Assembly (NCBI GenBank): GCA_902607435.1
Contig: CACLJX010000001.1
Coordinates: forward strand, 151,289-215,288
Length of the DNA: 64,000 nt
Direction of reading: 5' to 3'
DNA from: an uncultured Alphaproteobacteria bacterium
Lineage (GTDB): Bacteria > Pseudomonadota > Alphaproteobacteria > HIMB59 > GCA-002718135
Part shown: positions 28,249 to 40,965 of the stretch, piece by piece
Numbering within the stretch: the first letter of the stretch is position 1
How the letters are laid out: each line of letters starts with the position of its first letter
Notes under the pieces: model-generated
Databases searched by the model: none
Seen by the model: only the letters and a program-made list of their open reading frames with translations
What the model was told of the DNA's origin: nothing
Made by a program: the position numbers and the translations under genes

Positions 28249-29310
28249 ATGAACTTAAGAATTTTAAACACTTATAATTTTTATAATTATTTTAATAACT
28301 TTGAAAGTGAAAAAATTGGTTTATATTTTTCTTTTTTTCTTCATTGCTTAATTTTATTATTAGCAATAGGATTACCTAATTTTTTTGGACCTACACAAAT
28401 TAATATTCCTAATATTGTTCCTATAGAAATATTAAATGTTTCAGATACAACATCAATACCGAAAGAAATTGAAGAAAAAAAACAAAAAAGTATTGTAAAA
28501 GAAGTTCTTAAAAATAATAAATTTAATAATTCTGAAAATAAACTAATTAAAAATATTGAAATTAAAACAAAGCCCAAGTCTGAAATTAAAGATATTGAGA
28601 TTATTAAATCTCCAGTTGTGGAAAAAATAATTGAAAAAAAAGCAAAAACACTAACTAAATTAAAAGAAAAGAAAATTATAAATGAAGCAGAAAAATTTGA
28701 AAGCCTTCCTTCTCAAATAATTAAACCTAAAATTAAACCTAAACTAACAGAAGAAATTTCTAAAATTAAACAAAATACAGATATAATTGTTAAAACTCAA
28801 CCCAAACCAAAACCAAAAACAGATGACATTGTTAAAACTCAACCCAAGCCAAAACCAGAACCAACATTTAATATTTCTTCGATGTTAAAAGATTTACGTC
28901 ATGAACAAAGTTCTATCAATGAAGATAATAAAGAAAATAAAAAAAATGAAATATCAAAAAATGAAGAAAAAAATAAAGAAATTTCTCAATTATCTATAAG
29001 TGAAATTGATCTATTTCTTCAGCAACTCTCATCATGTTGGATTGCTCCTGCAGGTGCAGTTATCAAAACAGGGATGGTTGTGAGGATTGAGGCAAAAATT
29101 AAGCCAGATAGGAAAATTTTAGAAAATACTGTCCGTATTCTTGACACAAATATATCACAAAATAACCCTTTTTATGGTCCTATTACAGAAAGCGCTATGA
29201 GAACATTAATGCATCCAAATTGTATTCCTCTTAAATTACCTGAAGATAAATATCATTTGTGGAAAAATTTAACCATTACTTTTGATCATAGCATAATGAA
29301 AGGTTATTAG
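28249..29310 (+). CDS. tolA: TolA-like protein
   Basis: 353 aa. N-terminal TM helix, a long K/E/P-rich linker with a 14-aa tandem repeat and a C-terminal TolA/TonB-like domain (LSSCWIAPAG..). Lies between tolR and tolB. Confidence 0.75.
   Translation: MNLRILNTYNFYNYFNNFESEKIGLYFSFFLHCLILLLAIGLPNFFGPTQINIPNIVPIEILNVSDTTSIPKEIEEKKQKSIVKEVLKNNKFNNSENKLIKNIEIKTKPKSEIKDIEIIKSPVVEKIIEKKAKTLTKLKEKKIINEAEKFESLPSQIIKPKIKPKLTEEISKIKQNTDIIVKTQPKPKPKTDDIVKTQPKPKPEPTFNISSMLKDLRHEQSSINEDNKENKKNEISKNEEKNKEISQLSISEIDLFLQQLSSCWIAPAGAVIKTGMVVRIEAKIKPDRKILENTVRILDTNISQNNPFYGPITESAMRTLMHPNCIPLKLPEDKYHLWKNLTITFDHSIMKGY
28777..28860 (+). repeat. Two tandem 42-nt units inside tolA encoding TDxIVKTQPKPKPxx
   Basis: 28777-28818 is acagatataattgttaaaactcaacccaaaccaaaaccaaaa. 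28819-28860 is acagatgacattgttaaaactcaacccaagccaaaaccagaa. They differ at only a few positions and are in frame. Confidence 0.9.
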
Positions 29311-29331
29311 TTTAAAATTTTGAAAAATATT

Positions 29332-30654
29332 ATGAATAATAAATTTTTAATAACAATATCATTATTTATTTTTGCATGTTTTAAAGTTTATGGATTAGAG
29401 GTTACTTTAACACAAGGAACAATTGAACCAACACCAATTGCAATAACTGATTTTTTTTCTAAGGATTTGAACTCTCAAAAAATAGGCAAAAATATATCTC
29501 AAGTTATTTCAGATAATTTAGAGAGATCAGGCCTTTTTTTGCCAATTGATAAAAAAGCTTTTATACAAACTGAAGAATCTCTTAATAACCAACCTCGATT
29601 TGAAGATTGGAAGATTATAAAAGCACAGCATTTAATCTCAGGAAAAATTAGTAAATATAATGAAAAAATTGCTGTTGAATTTAGGTTATTTGATGTTTTT
29701 GCTCAAAAACAATTATTAGGAAAAAAATTTGAAACATCTGAAAAGAATTGGAGAAGAGTGTCACACATTATATCTGATGCAATTTATAAAAGAATTACTG
29801 GTGAAGGAGGATATTTTGATACACGGATAATTTATGTAGCTGAAACTGGATCAAAAGAAAATAGACAAAAGAGATTAGCAATTATGGATCAAGATCAAGC
29901 AAACCATCGTTTTTTAACAGATGGATCTTATTTAGTTTTAACTCCAAGATTTTCTCCCAACTCACAAAAAATTACATATATGTCTTATATGACCAAAAAT
30001 AAACCACGCGTTTATATTTTTGATATAGAAACTGGACAACAAGAGATAGTAGGAGAGTTTCCCGGTATGACTTTTGCTCCTCGTTTTTCACCAGATGGAA
30101 AAAAAATTATCATGTCTTTTACTGATCCTGATATTGGAAATTCAGAAATATATATTCTTGATTTAGCAACAAGAAACTCAAAAAGAATAACAAACAGTAC
30201 AGCTATTGATGTATCAGCAAGTTTTGCCCCTGATGGGAAAAAAATTGTTTTTAATTCTGATAGAAATGGCAGAAGACATTTATATGTAGCGAAACCAGAC
30301 GGAAGCAATGTTAAAAGAATCAGTCGAGAAGGAGGCAGCTATTATACGCCTGTATGGTCGCCAAGAGGAGATATGATTGCTTTTACAAAGCAAGAAGGAG
30401 GGCAATTTTATATCGGAGTTATGGAAACTGATGGTAAAAATGAAAGAATGATAGCTAAATCTTTTCATGTTGAAGGTCCAACTTGGTCTCCAAATGGACG
30501 ATATTTGATGTATTTCAAAGAAGAAAGAACAGCTAGTGATGGAAGTGGTGGAGAATCAAGCTTATATTCTATTGATTTAACAGGATATAATGAAAGAAAA
30601 ATCATTACTCCATTGGGCGGTTCTGATCCAGCGTGGTCGCCATTAATGCATTAA
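29332..30654 (+). CDS. tolB: Tol-Pal system beta-propeller protein TolB
   Basis: Signal peptide (MNNKFLITISLFIFACFKVYG), a TolB N-domain and repeated propeller blades (FSPDGKKI, FAPDGKKIVFNSDRNG, WSPRGD, WSPNGRY). I preferred the ATG at 29332 over the TTG at 29320. Confidence 0.93.
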   Translation: MNNKFLITISLFIFACFKVYGLEVTLTQGTIEPTPIAITDFFSKDLNSQKIGKNISQVISDNLERSGLFLPIDKKAFIQTEESLNNQPRFEDWKIIKAQHLISGKISKYNEKIAVEFRLFDVFAQKQLLGKKFETSEKNWRRVSHIISDAIYKRITGEGGYFDTRIIYVAETGSKENRQKRLAIMDQDQANHRFLTDGSYLVLTPRFSPNSQKITYMSYMTKNKPRVYIFDIETGQQEIVGEFPGMTFAPRFSPDGKKIIMSFTDPDIGNSEIYILDLATRNSKRITNSTAIDVSASFAPDGKKIVFNSDRNGRRHLYVAKPDGSNVKRISREGGSYYTPVWSPRGDMIAFTKQEGGQFYIGVMETDGKNERMIAKSFHVEGPTWSPNGRYLMYFKEERTASDGSGGESSLYSIDLTGYNERKIITPLGGSDPAWSPLMH

Positions 30655-30789
30655 TTATTCCTAAAATACTGATTAAACTAATTGAATATGCTAAAATAAC
30701 TAGCTAGAGTATAAATAATCATTTGAATCAGGTTAAAAAATGATAAATGAGTAATTGTTTTATTTTATTTATATTAAGGGAGTTTCATA

Positions 30790-31338
30790 ATGTTAAAAAA
30801 GTTTTTACTTTCCATCTTTTTGTTTGGTTTGGTAGCTGCGTGTTCAACCACTCCAAAAGATACAGCTGACTCGTCAGGAAGTGGCTCTTCGGGTGACTTT
30901 AACACTACGACAACAAGTGAAGATGCGGCAAGTACAGCTGCAGCAGCTGATAGTACAGCAAGCGATTTTGAAGGTATAATAAGTGGGTCTTATGAAGATT
31001 TAGTTGTTAATATAGGGGATAGAGTTTATTTTTCTTATGATAGTTTTGAACTTGATGATGATGCAAAAGAATTATTACAGCATCAAGCCGCTTGGTTAAA
31101 ACAATACAGCAAAACATCAATAATAATAGAAGGTCATTGTGATGAAAGAGGTACGAGAGAATACAACTTAGCTCTTGGTGAAAAAAGAGCTCAAGCAGTT
31201 AAAAATTATTTAAGTGGATTGGGTGTAATTGATTTTAGACTGAATACTATTAGCTATGGTAAAGAAAGACCCGCTGTAGTGGGATCTACTGATGCTGCTT
31301 GGAGTCAAAATAGACGTTCCGTTACTGTTGTTCAATAA
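30790..31338 (+). CDS. pal: Peptidoglycan-associated lipoprotein Pal (OmpA family)
   Basis: 182 aa. Lipobox LVAAC, an S/T/A-rich linker and an OmpA-like domain (FDSFELDDDAKELL, IEGHCDERGTREYNLALGEKRA). Confidence 0.93.
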   Translation: MLKKFLLSIFLFGLVAACSTTPKDTADSSGSGSSGDFNTTTTSEDAASTAAAADSTASDFEGIISGSYEDLVVNIGDRVYFSYDSFELDDDAKELLQHQAAWLKQYSKTSIIIEGHCDERGTREYNLALGEKRAQAVKNYLSGLGVIDFRLNTISYGKERPAVVGSTDAAWSQNRRSVTVVQ

Positions 31339-31363
31339 ATTATAACCCTTAATATAGTTTAGT

Positions 31364-31398
31364 GGCGTTATCTAAATACTAGATAGCGCCATATTTTT
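31364..31398 (+). terminator. Rho-independent terminator downstream of pal
   Basis: A 10-bp stem, ggcgttatct (31364-31373) with agatagcgcc (31381-31390), containing one G-U pair. The loop is 7 nt (aaatact) and is followed by atattttt. Confidence 0.8.
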
Positions 31399-31431
31399 GT
31401 CCCAATAAAATAGTAGATATAACATAGAGCG

Positions 31432-32343
31432 ATGAAAAAAATTTTAAGTTTATTGTATTTTATAATTATATTTAATTTTGCAGCTTATGGGGAAGAAACA
31501 TTATTAGATGTAAAACAACAATTAGAAAGAATTAATAGAGACATAACTGACTTACAAAAGGCAATTTACAAAAATAATAGTAGCCTTTCGTCTGAAACTA
31601 ATAATAATAATAATAATTCTCAAATAACAGTTTTTGATATGAGATTGAGGGATATTGAAAATGAATTAAAAGCAATTAATTTTAATTATGAAAACTTAAC
31701 TTTTGAACTTGATGAGCTTAAGAATTTTTTTGAACAACTTAGTATTAATTTTGAAGAACTTAGTATTAAATTGAGTAATGTTATGATCACTAAAGAAAAT
31801 TTAATTGAAAAAGAAATTGAAAAAGAAGCTTCTATTGATTCAAATCAAAAACAAAAACAAAATGAAAAAAACTCTCTTGGTTCACTTATAATCAATTCCG
31901 AAGATTTATCAGATACAAATGATAATATTGCTGAAAATGAAGAACAAATAATATTGCAAAATTTATCTCCTGAAGAGGAGTTTCAAATGGCTTTTGATCT
32001 TTTAAGATCACAAAAATTTGAAGAAGCTAAGTCTTCTTTAAAAATATTTATTGAAAAATATCCTTCCAATAAGCTTTCAGGATCTGCACATTATTGGTTA
32101 GGGGAGATTTTTCTTTTAAAAAAGGAAAATCGAGAAGCAGCATTAGTTTTTGCTGAAGGTTATCAACAATATCCTGAAAGTGCTAAAGCTGCTGATAGTT
32201 TATATAAATTAGGTGAAGCACTTTTAAGAATTGAAAAAAAGAACGAAGCTTGTGATACTATGAATCAGTTCCTTCTTAAATATCCTAATCATAAATTAGT
32301 TGAAAAAACACAATCAAAAATTAAAGCAAGTCAATGTAATTAA
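31432..32343 (+). CDS. cpoB: Tol-Pal system protein CpoB/YbgF (coiled coil plus TPR)
   Basis: 303 aa. Signal peptide, N-terminal coiled coil and a C-terminal TPR-like domain (AHYWLGEIFLLKKENREAALVFAEGYQQYPESAKAADSLYKLGEAL). Lies after pal. Confidence 0.8.
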   Translation: MKKILSLLYFIIIFNFAAYGEETLLDVKQQLERINRDITDLQKAIYKNNSSLSSETNNNNNNSQITVFDMRLRDIENELKAINFNYENLTFELDELKNFFEQLSINFEELSIKLSNVMITKENLIEKEIEKEASIDSNQKQKQNEKNSLGSLIINSEDLSDTNDNIAENEEQIILQNLSPEEEFQMAFDLLRSQKFEEAKSSLKIFIEKYPSNKLSGSAHYWLGEIFLLKKENREAALVFAEGYQQYPESAKAADSLYKLGEALLRIEKKNEACDTMNQFLLKYPNHKLVEKTQSKIKASQCN

Positions 32344-32351
32344 TTGTTTGA

Positions 32352-33323
32352 ATGACAATTACTTTTTCTAAATTTAACAAATCCCTTAACAGTTATTTTT
32401 TATATGAAAGCAATCCATCTATCGTTGTGGGTGTTTCTGGAGGGCCAGATAGTACAGCTCTTGTATTTATTCTTAACAAATGGACGAAAAAAAACAAGGG
32501 TAGACTCACTGCACTTATCATAGATCATAGAATTCGAAAGGAATCCTATTTTGAATCATTAGCAACTAAAAAATTTTTAGATAGTAATAATATTCATAAT
32601 AAAATTTTAAAAGTTCCTAAACAAAAAGTTTTACGAGGAAAAATGGATCAAGCAAGAAATAATAGATTTAAAATGATTATTAATTTTTGTAAAAAAAATA
32701 AAATTTTTCATGTTTTTTTAGGGCATCATTTTGATGATAATATTGAAACTTTTTTATTAAGAAAAATTGCTGGTAGTAATTTTGAAGGCCTAAATTGCAT
32801 GAAACATGTTTCTATTTACCATAATATTCAAATCATTAGACCTTTTTTATCTTTTACAAAAAAAGAAATTTTGAATTTTAATAAGAAATTTAATTTGAAC
32901 TATATAAGTGATCCTAGTAATTTTAATACGAAGTATAGCAGAACTTTAGTTAGAGACTATTTGTTTAAAAAAAAATATTTAGTTAACAAAATTATTAAAG
33001 ATTTCGATATGATTAGAAATAATTATTTACAATATAAAAGAATGGTTTTTCAAATATTGAATTTAATTATTTTAGAAATAAAATTAAAAAAAATAGTTCT
33101 AGATTTAAACAAAATGCTAAGTTTGGAACATGAATTACAAGTTAAATTATTTAATCTTTTATTTAAATTTGTAAATAATAGTAAATTTATTATTCGTTAC
33201 AAAAAAATCAATGATATAATTAAAACTCTAGAAAAGCCCATGGATGTTTCTTTTAGAACAAAGAATATTTTGTTAACAAAAAAACTTGATATTTTAATTA
33301 TTTCTAGGAATAAATTTAGTTAG
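32352..33323 (+). CDS. tilS: tRNA(Ile)-lysidine synthetase
   Basis: 323 aa. PP-loop VVGVSGGPDSTAL and HHFDDNIETFLLR block. Confidence 0.88.
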   Translation: MTITFSKFNKSLNSYFLYESNPSIVVGVSGGPDSTALVFILNKWTKKNKGRLTALIIDHRIRKESYFESLATKKFLDSNNIHNKILKVPKQKVLRGKMDQARNNRFKMIINFCKKNKIFHVFLGHHFDDNIETFLLRKIAGSNFEGLNCMKHVSIYHNIQIIRPFLSFTKKEILNFNKKFNLNYISDPSNFNTKYSRTLVRDYLFKKKYLVNKIIKDFDMIRNNYLQYKRMVFQILNLIILEIKLKKIVLDLNKMLSLEHELQVKLFNLLFKFVNNSKFIIRYKKINDIIKTLEKPMDVSFRTKNILLTKKLDILIISRNKFS

Positions 33324-33397
33324 AATATCTATTAAAATATTATAGAAACCTATTGTGTTTTAATGATTAATGCCTATTTATATTAATAGAAAATAAA

Positions 33398-35302
33398 ATG
33401 AAAAACTTTAGTAAAAATATTGCTTTATGGCTAATTATAGGGCTTTTATTAATAGCTCTATTTAACTTGTTCCAAGGAACAGAGAATAATCGCTCATCTT
33501 CCTTAATTTCTTTTTCTGATTTTATTTCAGCAATTGAATCTGGGAATGTTTCAGAGGTTAATATTAGAGGCAATAATATAGAAGGTTATTTTGAAGATGG
33601 CAGATCATTTAAAACCTATTCTCCAAATTATCCTAATTTAGTGGATGAACTTAATCAAAAAGGAGTTAGAATTACTGCTGAGCCATCAAACAAATCCATG
33701 CATCCAATATTAAGTGTTTTGCTATCATGGTTTCCTATGCTTCTTTTGATTGGTGTTTGGATATTTTTTATGAGACAAATGCAGGGCGGAGGAGGTAAGG
33801 CTTTAGGTTTTGGTAAGTCTAAAGCTAAACTTTTGAATCAAGCAGTTGGTAAGATAACTTTTGACGATGTAGCAGGAATCGATGAAGCAAAACAAGAATT
33901 AGAAGAAGTAGTAGAATTCCTTAAAGATCCAGAAAAATTTTCAAGATTAGGTGGAAAAATTCCTACAGGAGCTTTATTAATTGGACCACCTGGCACAGGA
34001 AAAACTTTGCTTGCCAGGGCTATTGCTGGTGAGGCAAATGTTCCATTCTTTTCTATTTCAGGATCTGATTTCGTTGAAATGTTTGTAGGAGTTGGAGCTA
34101 GTCGGGTTCGAGATATGTTTGATCAAGGTAAAAAGAATTCTCCATGTATAATTTTTATAGATGAAATTGATGCAGTGGGCAGACATCGTGGAGCAGGACT
34201 TGGAGGCGGAAATGATGAACGTGAACAAACCCTTAATCAACTCCTTGTTGAAATGGATGGATTTGAAGCCAATGCTGGAGTGATTATAGTTGCAGCAACT
34301 AATAGACCAGATGTTCTTGATCCTGCCTTATTAAGACCTGGAAGATTTGACAGACAGGTTACAGTTGCACTTCCTGATATAATCGGAAGAGATAAAATAA
34401 TAAAAGTTCATTCAAAAAAAATAAAAGTTTCTCCAAAATTCGATTCTAAAATTATTGCTAGAGGAACCCCGGGATTTTCTGGCGCTGATCTTGCAAATCT
34501 TGTTAATGAAGCGGCTCTTTTAGCAGCAAGAAAAAATAAACGCTTTGTAACATCAGAAGATTTTGAAGAAGCCAAAGATAAAGTTTTGATGGGAGCTGAA
34601 AGAAGATCCATGGTAATGACTGAAGATGAAAAAAAACTTACTGCTTATCATGAAGCAGGACATGCTGTAGCTACAATTCATTCCCCAGCATCTGATCCAA
34701 TACATAAAGCAACAATTATTCCAAGAGGTAGAGCCCTTGGTATGGTTATGCGGTTACCTGAAAAAGATCAATTATCTATGAAGAAAGATCAAATGAAAGC
34801 TCATTTGGTAATTGCAGCAGGCGGCAGAATTGCTGAAGAAATGATTTTTGGTCAAGAAAAAATTACCAATGGAGCTGCTAGTGACATACAAATGATTACA
34901 AATTTAGCAAGAAAAATGATCACTGAATGGGGGATGAGTGAAAAACTTGGTAGACTTAGATATAATAATGACAGTGAAGAAGTTTTTCTAGGACACTCTG
35001 TAGCACAATCTAAAAATCTTTCTGATGCAACTGCGAAAATTATTGATGAGGAAATTAGACAATTAATAGATGATGCGGAAATTAAATGCAAAAAAATACT
35101 TCAAAAAAACATTGAAGAACTTCATATTGTTGCAAAAGGTTTACTTGAATATGAAACCTTAACAGGTGATGAAATAAAAGACCTAATCAAAGGTATACCA
35201 CCTTCTAGGGATGATTTTGACAATGACACAGGGAATGAAAAATCAAAAATTACACAATCTGTTCCTAAATCTAGTTCCAAAATAAGTCCCCAACCTCAAT
35301 AA
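33398..35302 (+). CDS. ftsH: ATP-dependent zinc metalloprotease FtsH
   Basis: 634 aa. Walker [14 protein letters not shown], the second region of homology and the zinc motif HEAGHA. Confidence 0.97.
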   Translation: MKNFSKNIALWLIIGLLLIALFNLFQGTENNRSSSLISFSDFISAIESGNVSEVNIRGNNIEGYFEDGRSFKTYSPNYPNLVDELNQKGVRITAEPSNKSMHPILSVLLSWFPMLLLIGVWIFFMRQMQGGGGKALGFGKSKAKLLNQAVGKITFDDVAGIDEAKQELEEVVEFLKDPEKFSRLGGKIPTGALLIGPPGTGKTLLARAIAGEANVPFFSISGSDFVEMFVGVGASRVRDMFDQGKKNSPCIIFIDEIDAVGRHRGAGLGGGNDEREQTLNQLLVEMDGFEANAGVIIVAATNRPDVLDPALLRPGRFDRQVTVALPDIIGRDKIIKVHSKKIKVSPKFDSKIIARGTPGFSGADLANLVNEAALLAARKNKRFVTSEDFEEAKDKVLMGAERRSMVMTEDEKKLTAYHEAGHAVATIHSPASDPIHKATIIPRGRALGMVMRLPEKDQLSMKKDQMKAHLVIAAGGRIAEEMIFGQEKITNGAASDIQMITNLARKMITEWGMSEKLGRLRYNNDSEEVFLGHSVAQSKNLSDATAKIIDEEIRQLIDDAEIKCKKILQKNIEELHIVAKGLLEYETLTGDEIKDLIKGIPPSRDDFDNDTGNEKSKITQSVPKSSSKISPQPQ

Positions 35303-35350
35303 ATTCCCAAAAAGTCTTTCTTTATTTTTAATAATTAAATAAAAGTGCGC

Positions 35351-36709
35351 ATGTTCAAAGTTTTTGGTACGGATGGGATAAGATGCGAAGTTAATAAAGA
35401 GCCAATGACTCCTGATACATGTTTGAAAATAGCCAAAACAACTGGATATTTGTTATCGAATAAAAATGAAAAAAAAAATCGAGTAATAATTTCAAAAGAT
35501 ACTCGTTTATCAGGATATCTATTTGAGCCTTTAATGGCTTCTGGTTTTATTTCAATGGGAATGGATGTTATTTTAGTGGGTCCATTGCCTACCCCTGCTT
35601 TATCAATGCTAATAAATTCCTTAAGAGCAGACATGGGCGTTATGATAACGGCTTCTCATAATACATTTGAATATAATGGTTTAAAATTTTTTGATTCAAA
35701 AGGTGACAAAATATCTAAAAAATTAGAATTAAAAATTGAAAATATAGTTTTAAATCAAAAAAAATATTTAAATATTATTAATAAAAACATTAAAACAGGA
35801 AAAGCTTTAAGACTTAAAGATGCACAAGGACGGTATTCAGAATTTTTAAAATTAAAATTAGAAAAAAAAATCAATTTTAATAAAATTAAAGTTGTTTTAG
35901 ATTGTGGAAATGGAGCAACATATAATATTGCTCCAGCACTTTTTTGGGAGTTAGGTTGTGAAGTTATTACTATTAACAATCAACCTGATGGAAAAAATAT
36001 AAATATGAATTGTGGTGCAGTAAACGTCAAAACTTTATCTCAAAAAGTTTTAACAACCAAAGCTGATGTTGGTTTTGCATTTGATGGCGATGGAGACAGG
36101 GTAATAGTTGTTGATGATAAAGGCAATGAAATTGATGGTGATAAAATTCTAGCTTTATTTACAAAAGATTTACTTAACAAAAATAAATTGAAAAAGAAAA
36201 CTGTAGTCTCTACTTTAATGTCCAACCTTGGTTTTGAAAATTATTTAACTAAAAAATTGGGTGTGAAACTCATAAGAACAAACGTTGGTGATATAAATGT
36301 TATAAAAGAAATGAAAAAAGGATCTTATTCTTTAGGTGGTGAACAGTCAGGACATATAATTCTTAGTGAATATGCTAAAACTGGAGATGGGATTTTAGTA
36401 GCATTAAAAATTTTAGAAATATTAAAAGATTCAAATTTAAATACACACGCACTTTTTAATACTTATAAATCATTTTACCAAGAAAAAATTAATATATTAA
36501 TAAAAGATCAATTAAATAATAAGTCTAAAAATTTGATAAAAGAAATATCAGATATAATGCAAAGGAAAAATCCTCATTTAAGATATTTAATCAGAGAATC
36601 AGGAACTGAACCATTAATTAGAATTCTTGTTGAAGGAAAAAATAAAAAAGAAATAAAGAAAGAAATAAAAAAAGTTTTAAATAAAATAGAAAAAATTGTA
36701 AATGATTGA
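35351..36709 (+). CDS. glmM: Phosphoglucosamine mutase
   Basis: MFKVFGTDGIR N-terminus, phosphoserine loop TASHNTFEYNGLKFF, metal loop FDGDGDR and GEQSGH. I preferred the ATG at 35351 over the upstream GTG at 35345. Confidence 0.9.
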   Translation: MFKVFGTDGIRCEVNKEPMTPDTCLKIAKTTGYLLSNKNEKKNRVIISKDTRLSGYLFEPLMASGFISMGMDVILVGPLPTPALSMLINSLRADMGVMITASHNTFEYNGLKFFDSKGDKISKKLELKIENIVLNQKKYLNIINKNIKTGKALRLKDAQGRYSEFLKLKLEKKINFNKIKVVLDCGNGATYNIAPALFWELGCEVITINNQPDGKNINMNCGAVNVKTLSQKVLTTKADVGFAFDGDGDRVIVVDDKGNEIDGDKILALFTKDLLNKNKLKKKTVVSTLMSNLGFENYLTKKLGVKLIRTNVGDINVIKEMKKGSYSLGGEQSGHIILSEYAKTGDGILVALKILEILKDSNLNTHALFNTYKSFYQEKINILIKDQLNNKSKNLIKEISDIMQRKNPHLRYLIRESGTEPLIRILVEGKNKKEIKKEIKKVLNKIEKIVND

Positions 36710-37823
36710 TAATTTACTCCCACCTGGCTTTAAAGATGAAATTTTTGATCAATCATCTATTGAACATAAATATAAAAATATAATAATTAATATATTTCAA
36801 TTAAATGGTTATGAATTGGTTAAAACACCATTAATAGAATATGAAAATTCAATAAATGAACATAATTCATTTTTTATTAAAGAAAAAAATGAGAGAAAAA
36901 ACTTTATTCTTCGAAGTGATATTACAATGCAAATTGCCAGACTTGCCTCTGCAAGATTGAAAAATAAACAAAGACCTCTTAAACTTTGTTATTATGGTGA
37001 AGTTGTTAGAAAAAAAGGAACAATATTAAGACCTGGACGTCAATTTTTACAAGTTGGAGCAGAATGTATTGGGGAGAATAGTTATTTAGCCGATGTAGAA
37101 ATGCTAAATTTAGCCTATCAATCTTTAACGGCAGTTGGAATTAGAGACATATCTATTGAACTGTCATCCCATATTTTTTTAGATTATTTATTTAAACAAA
37201 ATAAAACAATAGAAAAAAATAATTTAGCTAGATCTTTTTTAAGAAAAAAAGATATTAAGAATTCTTTAAAATATATAAAGTCTAATCTCCACGATTTTAC
37301 CAATAATCTTTTGTTTTGTTCTGGTGACCTAGAAGAAAAAAAGTTTTTTTTAGAAAAACTAAAAGTTAACCAAGCAACTACTATAGCAGTCACAGAGTTA
37401 TTAAATATATATGCTTATTTTTCTAATAATTATCCTGAAATAAAATTTATTCTTGATCTAACAGAAAGTAATTATTTGAATTATCACACAGGAACAAGAT
37501 TTACTATTTTTGCTAAAAATATAAGAGGAGAAGTTGCGCGAGGGGGAAGATATATATCTCAAAATAATTCATTAGTTGAAAATTCCACAGGTTTTAATTG
37601 TTATATGGATACAATAACAAAAGCATCTTCAACAATAGAAAAAACAAAAAAAATTATGATTCCTTTTGATATTTCTGTAAATAAAAAAAATAAATTAATA
37701 AAAGATGGTTATATTATAGAAACTTTTTTTGGAGAAAAACATAAGATTAAAGAAATAGCAATAATAAAAAATTATGATGCTTATTTTATTGAAGATAAAA
37801 TTATTCAATTAGAAAAAAAATAA
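36702..37823 (+). CDS. hisZ: ATP phosphoribosyltransferase regulatory subunit (HisZ, HisRS paralog)
   Basis: 373 aa. A class II aaRS-like core without an anticodon-binding domain (LPPGFKD.., LRSDITMQIARL, LCYYGEVVR). Overlaps the glmM end by 8 nt. Confidence 0.8.
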   Translation: MIDNLLPPGFKDEIFDQSSIEHKYKNIIINIFQLNGYELVKTPLIEYENSINEHNSFFIKEKNERKNFILRSDITMQIARLASARLKNKQRPLKLCYYGEVVRKKGTILRPGRQFLQVGAECIGENSYLADVEMLNLAYQSLTAVGIRDISIELSSHIFLDYLFKQNKTIEKNNLARSFLRKKDIKNSLKYIKSNLHDFTNNLLFCSGDLEEKKFFLEKLKVNQATTIAVTELLNIYAYFSNNYPEIKFILDLTESNYLNYHTGTRFTIFAKNIRGEVARGGRYISQNNSLVENSTGFNCYMDTITKASSTIEKTKKIMIPFDISVNKKNKLIKDGYIIETFFGEKHKIKEIAIIKNYDAYFIEDKIIQLEKK

Positions 37824-39949
<2,126 letters not shown>

Positions 39950-39993
39950 TTTACTTAATATTTTCCGCTCATTAACATAAAAGAAGTATTTAT

Positions 39994-40965
39994 TTAATAT
40001 TTAAGTATAAATTCTAGTAATTTCAACATATCTGCAGGTAATTCTGATCTAAATTCAACATATTTTTTTGAAGTAGGGTGAATAAAAGCAAGAAAATGGG
40101 CATGAAGAGCCTGTCTATGAAAATTTTTTAGAAATAAAAATCTATTAAAATTTTTTAAATCTTTTCCATGTTTACTAGTCATATTTTTTCCATAAACTTG
40201 ATCACCTACTATGGGAGAGTTTATGCTTGACATGTGCACTCTAACTTGATGAGTCCTCCCAGTTTTTAAAGTGCATTCAATAAGACTACAAATATCATAT
40301 TGTTTTTTCAATTTTATTGATGTTTCTGAATATTTGCCTCTCTCATTTTTATTTAATGCCATTTTTTTTCTATTTATTTTATTTCTTTCAATGTATCCAC
40401 ATATTGTTTGATTTCGTGGGACACTCCATACTATTGCAAAATATTTTCTGACAATAGAATGGTTTCTAAATTGATCAGCTAAATGAAGATGGGCAAAATT
40501 ATTTTTTGCAATTACTAACAACCCACTAGTATCTTTATCGATACGATGAACTATTCCCGGTCTTTTATTTTCATTAATAGAGCTTAAATTATTATTTGTA
40601 TGAAATAATAGTGCATTTACTAAAGTATTATTTTGATTACCAGGGGCAGGATGGGTAACCATTCCCGCAGGTTTATTTACTACTATAATATCTTTATCTT
40701 CAAATATTATATCAAGTCTGATATCTTCTGGCTCGTATGATGAAGGTATAATCTGAGGAATTGAAATATTAAATATTTCTCCTACTTTTACTTTATATGA
40801 TGCATCAGTTATAATAGTATCTGTTTTTTTGACATTTTTGTTTAGTAAGAGTATCTTGATATGCGATCGACTATATTTTTTTAAAAGATGAGTAAGTGCT
40901 TGATCTAGCCTTTTCTTATCTTGTGATTTGTTGATTATTATTTTATGAGTTTCAAATTTTTGCAT
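39994..40965 (-). CDS. rluD: 23S rRNA pseudouridine synthase, RluA/RluD family
   Basis: S4-like N-domain and catalytic HRIDKDTSGLLV motif. I chose the start at Met28 of the ORF (40965). The longer ORF (to 41046) would overlap the divergent gene by 83 nt. Confidence 0.88.
   Translation of the reverse strand: MQKFETHKIIINKSQDKKRLDQALTHLLKKYSRSHIKILLLNKNVKKTDTIITDASYKVKVGEIFNISIPQIIPSSYEPEDIRLDIIFEDKDIIVVNKPAGMVTHPAPGNQNNTLVNALLFHTNNNLSSINENKRPGIVHRIDKDTSGLLVIAKNNFAHLHLADQFRNHSIVRKYFAIVWSVPRNQTICGYIERNKINRKKMALNKNERGKYSETSIKLKKQYDICSLIECTLKTGRTHQVRVHMSSINSPIVGDQVYGKNMTSKHGKDLKNFNRFLFLKNFHRQALHAHFLAFIHPTSKKYVEFRSELPADMLKLLEFILKY

Noticed and set aside
30655-30789. The unusually long (135 nt) tolB-pal spacer, examined for an sRNA or structured element. 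It contains a ctgatt...aatcag pairing and a CTAGCTAG palindrome.
   Set aside because: The complementary segments are only 6-8 nt, with a roughly 50-nt AT-rich interval and no terminator-like end. It is most simply the pal promoter/leader region.
31599-31617. A (TAA/AAT)6 microsatellite inside cpoB that encodes an Asn run, considered as a possible phase-variation tract.
   Set aside because: The unit length is 3 nt, so slippage keeps the frame. Asn-rich runs are common in this AT-rich proteome (also seen at 6750-6770). It is unlikely to be a switch.
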